NCBI RefSeq assembly: GCF_000299365.1 | Contig: NC_018655.1 | Coordinates: 1,380,001-1,412,000 of the forward strand | DNA length: 32,000 nucleotides | Source: Candidatus Nitrosopumilus koreensis AR1 | GTDB taxonomy: Archaea; Thermoproteota; Nitrososphaeria; Nitrososphaerales; Nitrosopumilaceae | Direction: 5' to 3' | Shown: positions 9,458 through 16,897 of the stretch, piece by piece | How positions within the stretch are numbered: the first letter of the stretch is position 1 | Layout of the letters: each line of letters begins with the position of its first letter | The notes under the pieces: model-generated | What the model saw: only the letters and a program-made list of their open reading frames with translations | The model's database searches: none | Told to the model about the DNA's origin: nothing | Translations under genes and position numbers: made by a program

Positions 9458-10981
9458 TTGAAAATGTACTTGTTTGAGATATCAAAAACAGATTTGGCAG
9501 GACGCATAGGTACTATAGAGACAAACCATGGAAAGATTGAAACGCCAGCTTATGTTCCAGTTATTCATCCAGTAAAACAAACAATCCCCTCAAAAAAAAT
9601 CAAAGAGATTGGTTTTGACATAGTAATCACAAATGCATACATTACAAGAAACAACTATGGAGATAAAGCAATAAAAAAAGGAATTCATGAAATTATAAAT
9701 TATGATCGAGGAATCATGACAGACTCTGGAGGCTATCAAGTTTTAGAGTACGGAGATGTTCCAGTATCTCCAACAGAGATGGCAAATTTTGAAGAAGGGA
9801 TTATGACAGACTTTGCAATTCCATTAGACAAACCAACAGGATTTGGACTTCCAATAAAAAAAGCAGAAGCATATGTTAAACATACACTTAGAGTATGTAA
9901 ACAAACTCTTGAGAATAGCAAAGACAATGGACAGATTTGGATTGGGCCAATTCAAGGAGGAGAACATTTTGATCTTGTTGCAAAATCAACAAAAGGTTTG
10001 ATCAAGATGGGTTACAAGATGTTGGCTTTAGGAAGTCCAGTTGAGTTCATGGAGTCATACGAATATAGATTATTAGCTCAGATGATTGTAGCAGCAAAAA
10101 AACAAATTCCACACAATATACCATTACATCTTTTTGGTGCAGGACATCCATTAACGATTCCATTTGCAGTGGCATTGGGTTGCGATACGTTTGATTCTGC
10201 ATCATACATGCTGTATGCAAAACAAAACAGGTACATCACAGAAGACGGAACACGGTACTTATCAGATATAGCAGTGTTTCCATGTAATTGTGAGATATGC
10301 TCAAAGTATACCCCTGAAGAATTACGACAGTTAGAATCAACAGAGAAAATAAACGAACTTGCAATTCATAATCTGTATGCAATAAAATTAGAAGTTGACA
10401 AGGTCAAACAGGCAATACACGAAGGCAGATTATGGGAGTATGTTATAAAAAAAGCAAGGGCACATCCAAAATTATTTGAGATGGTCGAAGTAATGACAGA
10501 AAATGCTGAATTTCTAAAAATTGCAACCCCAAAATTCAAGGAAAGAGCAATTTTTCTATTTGACAAAGAAGATCAATACAGACCTGAAGTGCAATCATTT
10601 CATGAGATAGTTAGGGAATTCAAATCAAAGAAAAAGAAACTGCTAATCACAAAAGAATCATCAACAAAACCAGGATATCTATCTCATCAATTTGTAAACA
10701 TGGCAAAAAAACTCAAAGATTTTGATGAAATTCAAATTTGTCAATATAATCCACAATTAGGATTGATTCCAATTGAGATTTCAGATATGTTTCCTGCTGC
10801 ACATCATGAGACATCAAGAATGAATTTTGATCCTGAAGAATTCCCAGAATTTGGAAAAACATGGCACATATTTTTTGAAAAAAATCAGTTTTCAGAAATT
10901 CGATATGATAAGGATGATGAATTTTTAAAACATTTTGTAAAAACATTGCCAAAAAAAATCAAGAAAAAATCTTTTTCGTAA
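9458..10981 (+). CDS. tgtA: Archaeosine tRNA-guanine transglycosylase, catalytic part
   Basis: HGKIETPAYVPVIHP, DSGGYQVLEYG, GPIQGGEHFDLV, MGYKMLALGSPVEFM, HLFGAGHPLTIPFAVALGCDTFDSASY and the zinc site CNCEICSKYTPEEL. Start may be TTG 9458 or ATG 9464. Confidence 0.94.
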   Translation: MKMYLFEISKTDLAGRIGTIETNHGKIETPAYVPVIHPVKQTIPSKKIKEIGFDIVITNAYITRNNYGDKAIKKGIHEIINYDRGIMTDSGGYQVLEYGDVPVSPTEMANFEEGIMTDFAIPLDKPTGFGLPIKKAEAYVKHTLRVCKQTLENSKDNGQIWIGPIQGGEHFDLVAKSTKGLIKMGYKMLALGSPVEFMESYEYRLLAQMIVAAKKQIPHNIPLHLFGAGHPLTIPFAVALGCDTFDSASYMLYAKQNRYITEDGTRYLSDIAVFPCNCEICSKYTPEELRQLESTEKINELAIHNLYAIKLEVDKVKQAIHEGRLWEYVIKKARAHPKLFEMVEVMTENAEFLKIATPKFKERAIFLFDKEDQYRPEVQSFHEIVREFKSKKKKLLITKESSTKPGYLSHQFVNMAKKLKDFDEIQICQYNPQLGLIPIEISDMFPAAHHETSRMNFDPEEFPEFGKTWHIFFEKNQFSEIRYDKDDEFLKHFVKTLPKKIKKKSFS

Positions 10982-11019
10982 TTAAAAATAAGAAAAAAGA
11001 ATGTGCTAAAAGATTCAGC

Positions 11020-11322
11020 TTATAGTGCTGCGTCTTCGGCCCAACCGTTAATGAAGACACCGTTTTTGTGAAGAGGTACTGGTTGTCCAGCAGTGTAATT
11101 CATTGGTCTCATCCAAAAGATTGATTTTGTTGGGCATACACCGATGCATGCACCATCAGAAATACATCTTTCTGGGTAGAAGACAAATGCTTTACCTCTC
11201 TTCCAGCCTTCAACTGGTTTTACTCTAAGGACATCTGGACCAAGTGTTGTACAGATTTCTACACATAGTGCGCATCCGATACATCTTTGTTCATCAATGT
11301 CTGGAAGTATTGCTATTGGCAT
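11020..11322 (-). CDS. 4Fe-4S ferredoxin-like protein with two cluster-binding motifs
   Basis: CIGCALCVEICTTLGPDVLRV and CISDGACIGVCPTKSI. Confidence 0.85.
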   Translation of the reverse strand: MPIAILPDIDEQRCIGCALCVEICTTLGPDVLRVKPVEGWKRGKAFVFYPERCISDGACIGVCPTKSIFWMRPMNYTAGQPVPLHKNGVFINGWAEDAAL

Positions 11323-11347
11323 TACAACAGTAAGATTGCTTGGTTAC

Positions 11348-11355
11348 TATTTAAA
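11348..11355 (-). promoter_or_regulatory. TATA box for the ferredoxin gene
   Basis: tatttaaa on plus = TTTAAATA on minus, centred about 30 nt upstream of the ATG at 11322. Confidence 0.6.
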
Positions 11356-11446
11356 CCATGATTGATATCCATAACCCTGTTATGAAATTTGATCGTCAAA
11401 AATCATGCGCAAAGTTTGGACTGAAAATTTTAAAAAACAAAAAGAT

Positions 11447-11463
11447 AACGTGATTATCACGTT
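11447..11463. promoter_or_regulatory. Perfect 17-bp inverted repeat AACGTGAT-T-ATCACGTT, candidate regulator site
   Basis: 8-bp arms with a 1-bp centre, in the intergenic region between the divergent ferredoxin and beta-CASP genes. Confidence 0.55.
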
Positions 11464-11555
11464 TATTTTCTCATTGCGTCTATTTGACCAGAAGTAACCC
11501 AGTCAAGTAATTCTGCAGAAGATGGATTGAGGTCTGCTTTCTCCATGTTAGGCAT
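11463..11555 (-). CDS. Possible 30-aa small protein MPNMEKADLNPSSAELLDWVTSGQIDAMRK
   Basis: Manual minus-strand translation with ATG at 11553-11555 and TAA at 11463-11465. It lies in an otherwise unexplained intergenic region. Not in the ORF track, which appears to omit short ORFs. Confidence 0.35.
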   Translation of the reverse strand: MPNMEKADLNPSSAELLDWVTSGQIDAMRK

Positions 11556-11611
11556 AATGATCGGTTTTCACTCAAGAAGGTTTTAACGTAGATGAAAATT
11601 CATCTTAATTC

Positions 11612-12877
11612 TTGAATGTCAAAGTTTTAGGAGCAGCCAATGAGGTTGGCAGATCAGGTTTTTTAGTAAATTGTAATGGAACAAACCTCCTACTAGATTA
11701 CGGAGTGTTGTTTGGTAGAAGGGGCACACCACCACAATATCCGCTTCACGTAAAACCCAAGGATTTAGATGCAATAATAATTACACATGCTCACTTAGAT
11801 CATTCTGGAAATGTTCCATCACTTTTTGTAAGTGGAAATACTGACGTATATGCAACTCCTCCAACATTTGATTTATCAAAATTATTAATTGAAGATATGC
11901 TAAAAATTGAAAAAAATTCACATCCATTTGACATACCTGAATTAAACAATATGATGAAAAATGCAAAAGAGATTGGATTTAGGCAAAAGGTAACTAAAGG
12001 TAATGCAACGTTTGAGCTAAGAGAATCAGGACACGTGATTGGTGGAAGTACAGTACTAGTAGAATCTGAGGGAAAACGACTATTCTATACGGGAGACATT
12101 AAAACAAATGGATCAAGAATGCTTCGAGAGATGGATTTGGATATTGGAGAAATTGACATGTTAATTACTGAAAGTACATACGCCAAAACAGAACAAAAAC
12201 CAAGAAAAGAGTCCGAAGATGAACTAATAGAATTTGCAAAAGAAGTAATGGACAGAAAAGGCATATTGTTTATTCCATCATTTTCAGTTGAGCGTTCTCA
12301 AGAAATTGCATGCATTTTAAGGAATGCAAATTTTAAACATAGAATCATCATGGATGGGATGGCATTAAAAGTAAATGAAATAATGTTTAGACATCCAGAA
12401 TATCTCCGAGATCCAAAAGTATTTTCTGATGCAATTAAAGGTGCTACTGCAATAACAGATCATGCTGAAAGAAAACGGGTAATGGAAGAACCCTGTGTTG
12501 TTATTTCTCCTGCAGGTATGCTAGTTGGTGGAAATGCAGTTTTCTATTTACAGCATCTAGCATTTAATGATAAAAACGGGATTGCTCTTGTTTCATATCA
12601 AGGCGAAGGCACTCCAGGCAAAAAATTGTTAGAAACAGGAAAGGTATCAGCTAGAGGAAAAGATATCAGCGTAACTGCACAGGTAAAACAGTTTGAGTTT
12701 TCAGGTCATGCAGACAGAAATGAGTTATTTGACATGATAAAAAAAATCAAAGGAAATCCCAAAGTACTCACAGTACACGGAGATTCTGAATCATGTGATT
12801 TGTTTGCACAAGAAATACATGAGAAATTTGGATTAGAGGCACACTCTCCTGCAGTAAATGAAGAAATTACTGTATGA
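11612..12877 (+). CDS. Beta-CASP metallo-beta-lactamase ribonuclease (aCPSF2/RNase J-like, no N-terminal KH domains)
   Basis: HAHLDHSGNVPSLF, SGHVIGGSTVLVE, YTGDIKTNGSRML, ITESTYA, FIPSFSVERSQE, and C-terminal FSGHADRNEL, HGDSESC. Confidence 0.9.
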   Translation: MNVKVLGAANEVGRSGFLVNCNGTNLLLDYGVLFGRRGTPPQYPLHVKPKDLDAIIITHAHLDHSGNVPSLFVSGNTDVYATPPTFDLSKLLIEDMLKIEKNSHPFDIPELNNMMKNAKEIGFRQKVTKGNATFELRESGHVIGGSTVLVESEGKRLFYTGDIKTNGSRMLREMDLDIGEIDMLITESTYAKTEQKPRKESEDELIEFAKEVMDRKGILFIPSFSVERSQEIACILRNANFKHRIIMDGMALKVNEIMFRHPEYLRDPKVFSDAIKGATAITDHAERKRVMEEPCVVISPAGMLVGGNAVFYLQHLAFNDKNGIALVSYQGEGTPGKKLLETGKVSARGKDISVTAQVKQFEFSGHADRNELFDMIKKIKGNPKVLTVHGDSESCDLFAQEIHEKFGLEAHSPAVNEEITV

Positions 12878-13721
12878 TATGCAAGTCAAACAACCAATAG
12901 ATGTAGAAAATTCAATAAATAGCGGCCAAGTTTTTCTTTGGAAAAAAAATGACAAGTATTGGTATGGGATCAATGGTCAAGATGTTCTTCAGGTAGACGA
13001 ATATGGAAAAATAAAATCTCTTAAAAATTATAAAACAGATTTTTTTAGAAATAAAGATAATTTTGATAAAATAATAAAGTCCATTTCAAAAGATAAAATA
13101 GTAAAAAATGCTGTAAAAAAATATCCAGGATTAAGAATCACAAAACAAGATCCTTTTCAATGCATAATTTCATTTATTATATCATCTAATTCAAACATCC
13201 AAAAAATTAAAAATAATTTAGAAAATATATCAAAGAGATTTGGGGAAAGAATAGAATACAAAGATCAGGAATTTTTTTTATTTCCTAATGCAAGAATACT
13301 TTCCAAAGCATCAATAAATGAAATTAAAAAGTGTGGTGTAGGATACCGTGCAGAATTCATAAAAGAAGCTGCAAAAATTATATCCTCTGAAAAATTCAAA
13401 ATTGAAAACCTAAAAACAGACAGTTATTCTGATGCAAAAAAGAAAATGTGTATCATTCCAGGCATAGGAAACAAGGTAGCAGATTGTATTTTGTTATTTT
13501 CTCTTGACAAATTAGAAGCATTTCCATTAGATAGATGGATGATTAGAATTTTAGAAAAATATTATTCAAAAAAATTTCAATTGAACACAAAGACAATTAC
13601 AGAAAAACAATATGAAATTCTACATAAAAAAATTGTAGATTATTTTGGCCCATATGCAGGATATGCTCAACAATTTCTCTTCAAAATGGAAAGAGAAAAC
13701 TACAGAAAAAAGTGGCTGTAA
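12858..13721 (+). CDS. 8-oxoguanine DNA glycosylase (OGG1-like HhH-GPD family)
   Basis: SINSGQVFLWKKNDKYWYG, DPFQCIISFIISSNSNIQKI, GVGYRAEFIKEAA, IPGIGNKVADCILLFSLDKLEAFPLDRWMIRI (HhH plus catalytic K and D). ATG at 12879, one base after the upstream stop codon, is an equally good or better start. Confidence 0.9.
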   Translation: MKKLLYDMQVKQPIDVENSINSGQVFLWKKNDKYWYGINGQDVLQVDEYGKIKSLKNYKTDFFRNKDNFDKIIKSISKDKIVKNAVKKYPGLRITKQDPFQCIISFIISSNSNIQKIKNNLENISKRFGERIEYKDQEFFLFPNARILSKASINEIKKCGVGYRAEFIKEAAKIISSEKFKIENLKTDSYSDAKKKMCIIPGIGNKVADCILLFSLDKLEAFPLDRWMIRILEKYYSKKFQLNTKTITEKQYEILHKKIVDYFGPYAGYAQQFLFKMERENYRKKWL

Positions 13722-13754
13722 ACCCTTAAAATGGTAATTAATTGCTAGGTTTTT

Positions 13755-13829
13755 GGGCCCATAGCTCAGCATGGATAGAGTGCCGGACTTCTAATCCGAT
13801 GGTCAAGGGATCGAAGCCCTTTGGGCCCG
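13755..13829 (+). tRNA. tRNA-Arg (anticodon UCU)
   Basis: Acceptor GGGCCCA/TGGGCCC, D arm GCTC...GAG, anticodon loop CTTCTAA, T stem AAGGG/CCCTT with loop ATCGAAG, discriminator G, no encoded CCA. Confidence 0.93.
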
Positions 13830-13870
13830 CTTAACAAAATTATTTATTCTAACCAGAAGATGGGTTTTTT

Positions 13871-14221
13871 GTGAAAGATATAGAATTCAAATTAAATTCA
13901 ACAGATATTCATCCAAATTCCGAGATTAAAGGAACAATTACTGTGTCATATCCAGGCAGATATGACGGAGTAGTAATCAATACACAGATTTTGGATTCAA
14001 ATGAACACATCACCTACAAGTCATACAATGGAAAAACCATTTCAAATAATGTGGCAAGATTATTTATCAACAAAGACGTCATGATAGATGACAAAGCAGA
14101 ATTTACTGCAGTGATAAAATTTGAGCCAACCCAAGAATATGAAGTAAAATTCAGGGCATCAATTATTGAACAACACAAAGAAATTGAAAGTCAAATAATT
14201 TTTGCAAAGTATTCTAACTAG
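13871..14221 (+). CDS. Conserved-looking hypothetical protein, beta-rich, possibly Ig/arrestin-like
   Basis: Complete 116-aa ORF with GTG start immediately downstream of the tRNA; beta-strand-like alternation (GTITVSYPGRYDGVVINTQILDS). Confidence 0.6.
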   Translation: MKDIEFKLNSTDIHPNSEIKGTITVSYPGRYDGVVINTQILDSNEHITYKSYNGKTISNNVARLFINKDVMIDDKAEFTAVIKFEPTQEYEVKFRASIIEQHKEIESQIIFAKYSN

Positions 14222-14679
14222 AATCTGCTCTTTTCTACAATAACTGAACCAGTCATCCATGGATGAGGTTGGCAATGATAATGAACTTCTTGTGGCTCAG
14301 TAAATAGAAATTCATAGGTATCTCCAGGTTTTAGAACACCAGTAGAGCCAAAATCACCACTGTACGTATCAGCATGCCTATGATCAGGGGTCACAGTGTG
14401 AGCAGTATCATCATGATTTTCCCAAATCACTTTGTTATTGATTTCTAACAACGCTTCAGCTTTGTTTGGAACGTAGTTTTCATTACCTTCTATAACAGCA
14501 CCAGGAACAATTTGTATAATTAGTTCTTTTTCAGGATTCAAAATGTGTTCAGATACAGAAGGCTTTGCCAAAGATTCTGGAAGGTAGAAAGATGTGTAAA
14601 ATACAACAGTTGCAGACATGCCAACAATTAATGCAATTAATCCTATACCATATGCATGACTTGATGTTGGACTACTCAT
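14218..14679 (-). CDS. Membrane-anchored plastocyanin/type 1 copper protein
   Basis: N-terminal TM segment, then KVIWENHDDTAHTVTPD ... GDTYEFLFTEPQEVHYHCQPHPWMTGSVIV, the cupredoxin H...C-x4-H-x4-M ligand set. Confidence 0.9.
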   Translation of the reverse strand: MSSPTSSHAYGIGLIALIVGMSATVVFYTSFYLPESLAKPSVSEHILNPEKELIIQIVPGAVIEGNENYVPNKAEALLEINNKVIWENHDDTAHTVTPDHRHADTYSGDFGSTGVLKPGDTYEFLFTEPQEVHYHCQPHPWMTGSVIVEKSRF

Positions 14680-16271
14680 AATTTTTTCACCCCATCAAGA
14701 TCATCGGTTCCAATATTTGAGTCATTACTTGCACCAACTCCTAAATCGGATTGAGATTTTGGAGTAGGAATTTCAGGAGCCAATTCTTTTGGTTTTTCCT
14801 CTGGTTTGGTAGTATCTTCTGGAAGTTCACTTTGTTCAGATGTCTCAGGTTCTGCAAGTTTTGGTTTTTCATCAGATACTGGAACTGGTGGTGGCGGTGG
14901 AGCATTTTTTTGTTCACTTAATCCATATCTATACACATGGAAGAATGCTGCAAATACCAACAAAATAATTCCAATAAAGAACAATGATACATTCTTCATT
15001 CCTGTTAATGCTGCATTATATGCTGCAATGTTTAGAAATACTTGGAATGCTAATAATGCAATCAATACCCAATTAATCCATTTTTCAGAAAGATTGATTG
15101 TAGCCACTTTCTTTGGACCAGTACTTTTTGCAATCTTTGATTTTCTTTCTGCTTCATTTGCAAGCTTAATCATCATGTAAGTGAATCCAAATCCTAAAGG
15201 AACCATTAAGATCATTGTAGAATAGAAGAATATTGGATCAATTACCAGACGTTCTACCAATGGAACTGAGATGTCAGGTGAGATATAGAATCCCCAATAA
15301 GTTGTGACCATTATTTGTGCAAGACTAGTAATTCCAAATGCAGTGACAATTGGTCTTTCTCTCCAAGAGAATTTCTTGTATCTATCAATGAATGGAACCA
15401 ATACAAACGATATGATAAATATCAACGGCCAGAGTAACCCTGTTACAAACTTGTCATATTGTGTCCTCATGAACGCGTAAATTCCTGTCAAATACCACTC
15501 AGGAACAGTAACACCAGGCGGTACCGTAGGTTCAAACTTGAATCCCATGTCAATTGGGAACACACCTCCTGTGATGAGAATTGCACCACCAATTGCCATT
15601 ACCATAGGTACATCAAATACTAAGAACCGTGGAAAATGAACAGCCATCAATCCAAGCATAACAATTGGTAACAAGAATACATGTTGAGCATAGAATCTTA
15701 ATACAAAGTCAGAAAACCCACTACCCAACGCTGCATCACGAATTGTCGGGCCTGCAACAGGGATAGACGTTGTTAGAGACGCTGCAATACTAATTGCAAG
15801 TTCTGCTCGTTCACTAAAGATAACATCATATCCAGTAAATGCTTCTAAAATAGTTACAACACCCAAAATAACACCAGTCATCCATAATACTTCATTTCTA
15901 ATTTTGTATCTTCCACTAAAGTATTGATAATACATGTGAAGAACAGCCAAGAGTACCATTGCATTAGAGCCATGATAGTGTATGTTTCTTATATGGAAAC
16001 CAAATGGAACTTCGTCATTGATGAATTGAACACTATCCCATGCCCTATCCAAAATTGGTTGATAATAAAACATGAGTAGAGCTCCAGAAATTCCTAGAAT
16101 GATAAATACAATGAATGTTAACATTCCCAAAAATCCAAATGGACTTACAAATCTTGCAGGAAATGAAAACTTGATTGCAGTAAAGATGGTTCTATCTACA
16201 CCATCCCATAACCAATAAAGAAATTCAACTACACCGTTTCTTCTTTGCTCAAGCGAAACGGCCATATCCAA
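14676..16271 (-). CDS. Cytochrome b subunit of a bc1/b6f-like complex III
   Basis: Multiple TM helices, NYHGSNAMVLLAVLHMYYQY, AQHVFLLPIVMLGLMAVHFPRF, VTVPEWYLTGIYAFMR (b6f subunit IV-like PEWY). Pro/Glu-rich C-terminal tail. Confidence 0.93.
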   Translation of the reverse strand: MDMAVSLEQRRNGVVEFLYWLWDGVDRTIFTAIKFSFPARFVSPFGFLGMLTFIVFIILGISGALLMFYYQPILDRAWDSVQFINDEVPFGFHIRNIHYHGSNAMVLLAVLHMYYQYFSGRYKIRNEVLWMTGVILGVVTILEAFTGYDVIFSERAELAISIAASLTTSIPVAGPTIRDAALGSGFSDFVLRFYAQHVFLLPIVMLGLMAVHFPRFLVFDVPMVMAIGGAILITGGVFPIDMGFKFEPTVPPGVTVPEWYLTGIYAFMRTQYDKFVTGLLWPLIFIISFVLVPFIDRYKKFSWRERPIVTAFGITSLAQIMVTTYWGFYISPDISVPLVERLVIDPIFFYSTMILMVPLGFGFTYMMIKLANEAERKSKIAKSTGPKKVATINLSEKWINWVLIALLAFQVFLNIAAYNAALTGMKNVSLFFIGIILLVFAAFFHVYRYGLSEQKNAPPPPPVPVSDEKPKLAEPETSEQSELPEDTTKPEEKPKELAPEIPTPKSQSDLGVGASNDSNIGTDDLDGVKKL

Positions 16272-16854
16272 TTACTCCATTATCATTTGCATTGAAATTT
16301 GGTGGCATGATAAACACCAATCCATCTGAATCAATTTCTAAAGTTAGTTTAGGTAAAGTGTTTGAAGGTGCTGCTTGTACTGATGCAGGACCAACAAAAG
16401 CAGTTCCAGTTACCGGATCATACATACTTCCATGACAAGGACATTCTCCTCTTTTTCTTCCCTCATCAGGCCAATATTTCCATAAACACCAAAGATGTAA
16501 ACAAATCATACTATAAGCTCTAAATGCAGAGATATCATTTTTCCCACCACCTAATTCTTCAGGAAGTCGGATGAATTGCCACTTACGAAATGCTTCTGCG
16601 TCAAGTGCGGCATCCCCTGTAGCTGGATATGTAATGACTTCAGCGTGATTAACTGGATAAGTGTTAACATTTGCTTGAGTGCCATCAGGCAAAATTACAG
16701 GTACCTTTTCAAGAGAAGCCTGATTTGGGTTTGGCATGAAATTTCCAAATGGGACAAACGGAGCAAAAGCTAAACCAGTTCCTGCGGCACCCATTAACTT
16801 TAGAAAGTCTCTTCGGGATAATCCGGCAGACTTTTTTGTCCCCACCTCTGACAT
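16249..16854 (-). CDS. Rieske 2Fe-2S protein with Tat signal
   Basis: SRRDFLKLMGAAGTGLAFAPF Tat motif, then CLHLWCLWKYWPDEGRKRGECPCHGSMYDPVTG. Confidence 0.92.
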   Translation of the reverse strand: MSEVGTKKSAGLSRRDFLKLMGAAGTGLAFAPFVPFGNFMPNPNQASLEKVPVILPDGTQANVNTYPVNHAEVITYPATGDAALDAEAFRKWQFIRLPEELGGGKNDISAFRAYSMICLHLWCLWKYWPDEGRKRGECPCHGSMYDPVTGTAFVGPASVQAAPSNTLPKLTLEIDSDGLVFIMPPNFNANDNGVIGYGRFA

Positions 16855-16879
16855 TCAAGCTGACGTACTCGCCAAATTG

Positions 16880-16887
16880 CTTATAAA
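16880..16887 (-). promoter_or_regulatory. TATA box for the Rieske/cytochrome b/plastocyanin operon
   Basis: Minus strand GGTTTATAAGC centred about 30 nt upstream of the ATG at 16854, between the protease stop and the Rieske start. Confidence 0.55.
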
Positions 16888-16897
16888 CCTTGTTCAG

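Noticed and set aside
14806-15180. 124-aa plus-strand ORF inside cytochrome b
   Set aside because: Antisense to the well-supported cytochrome b C-terminus; Gly/Ser low-complexity mirror of the Pro-rich tail.
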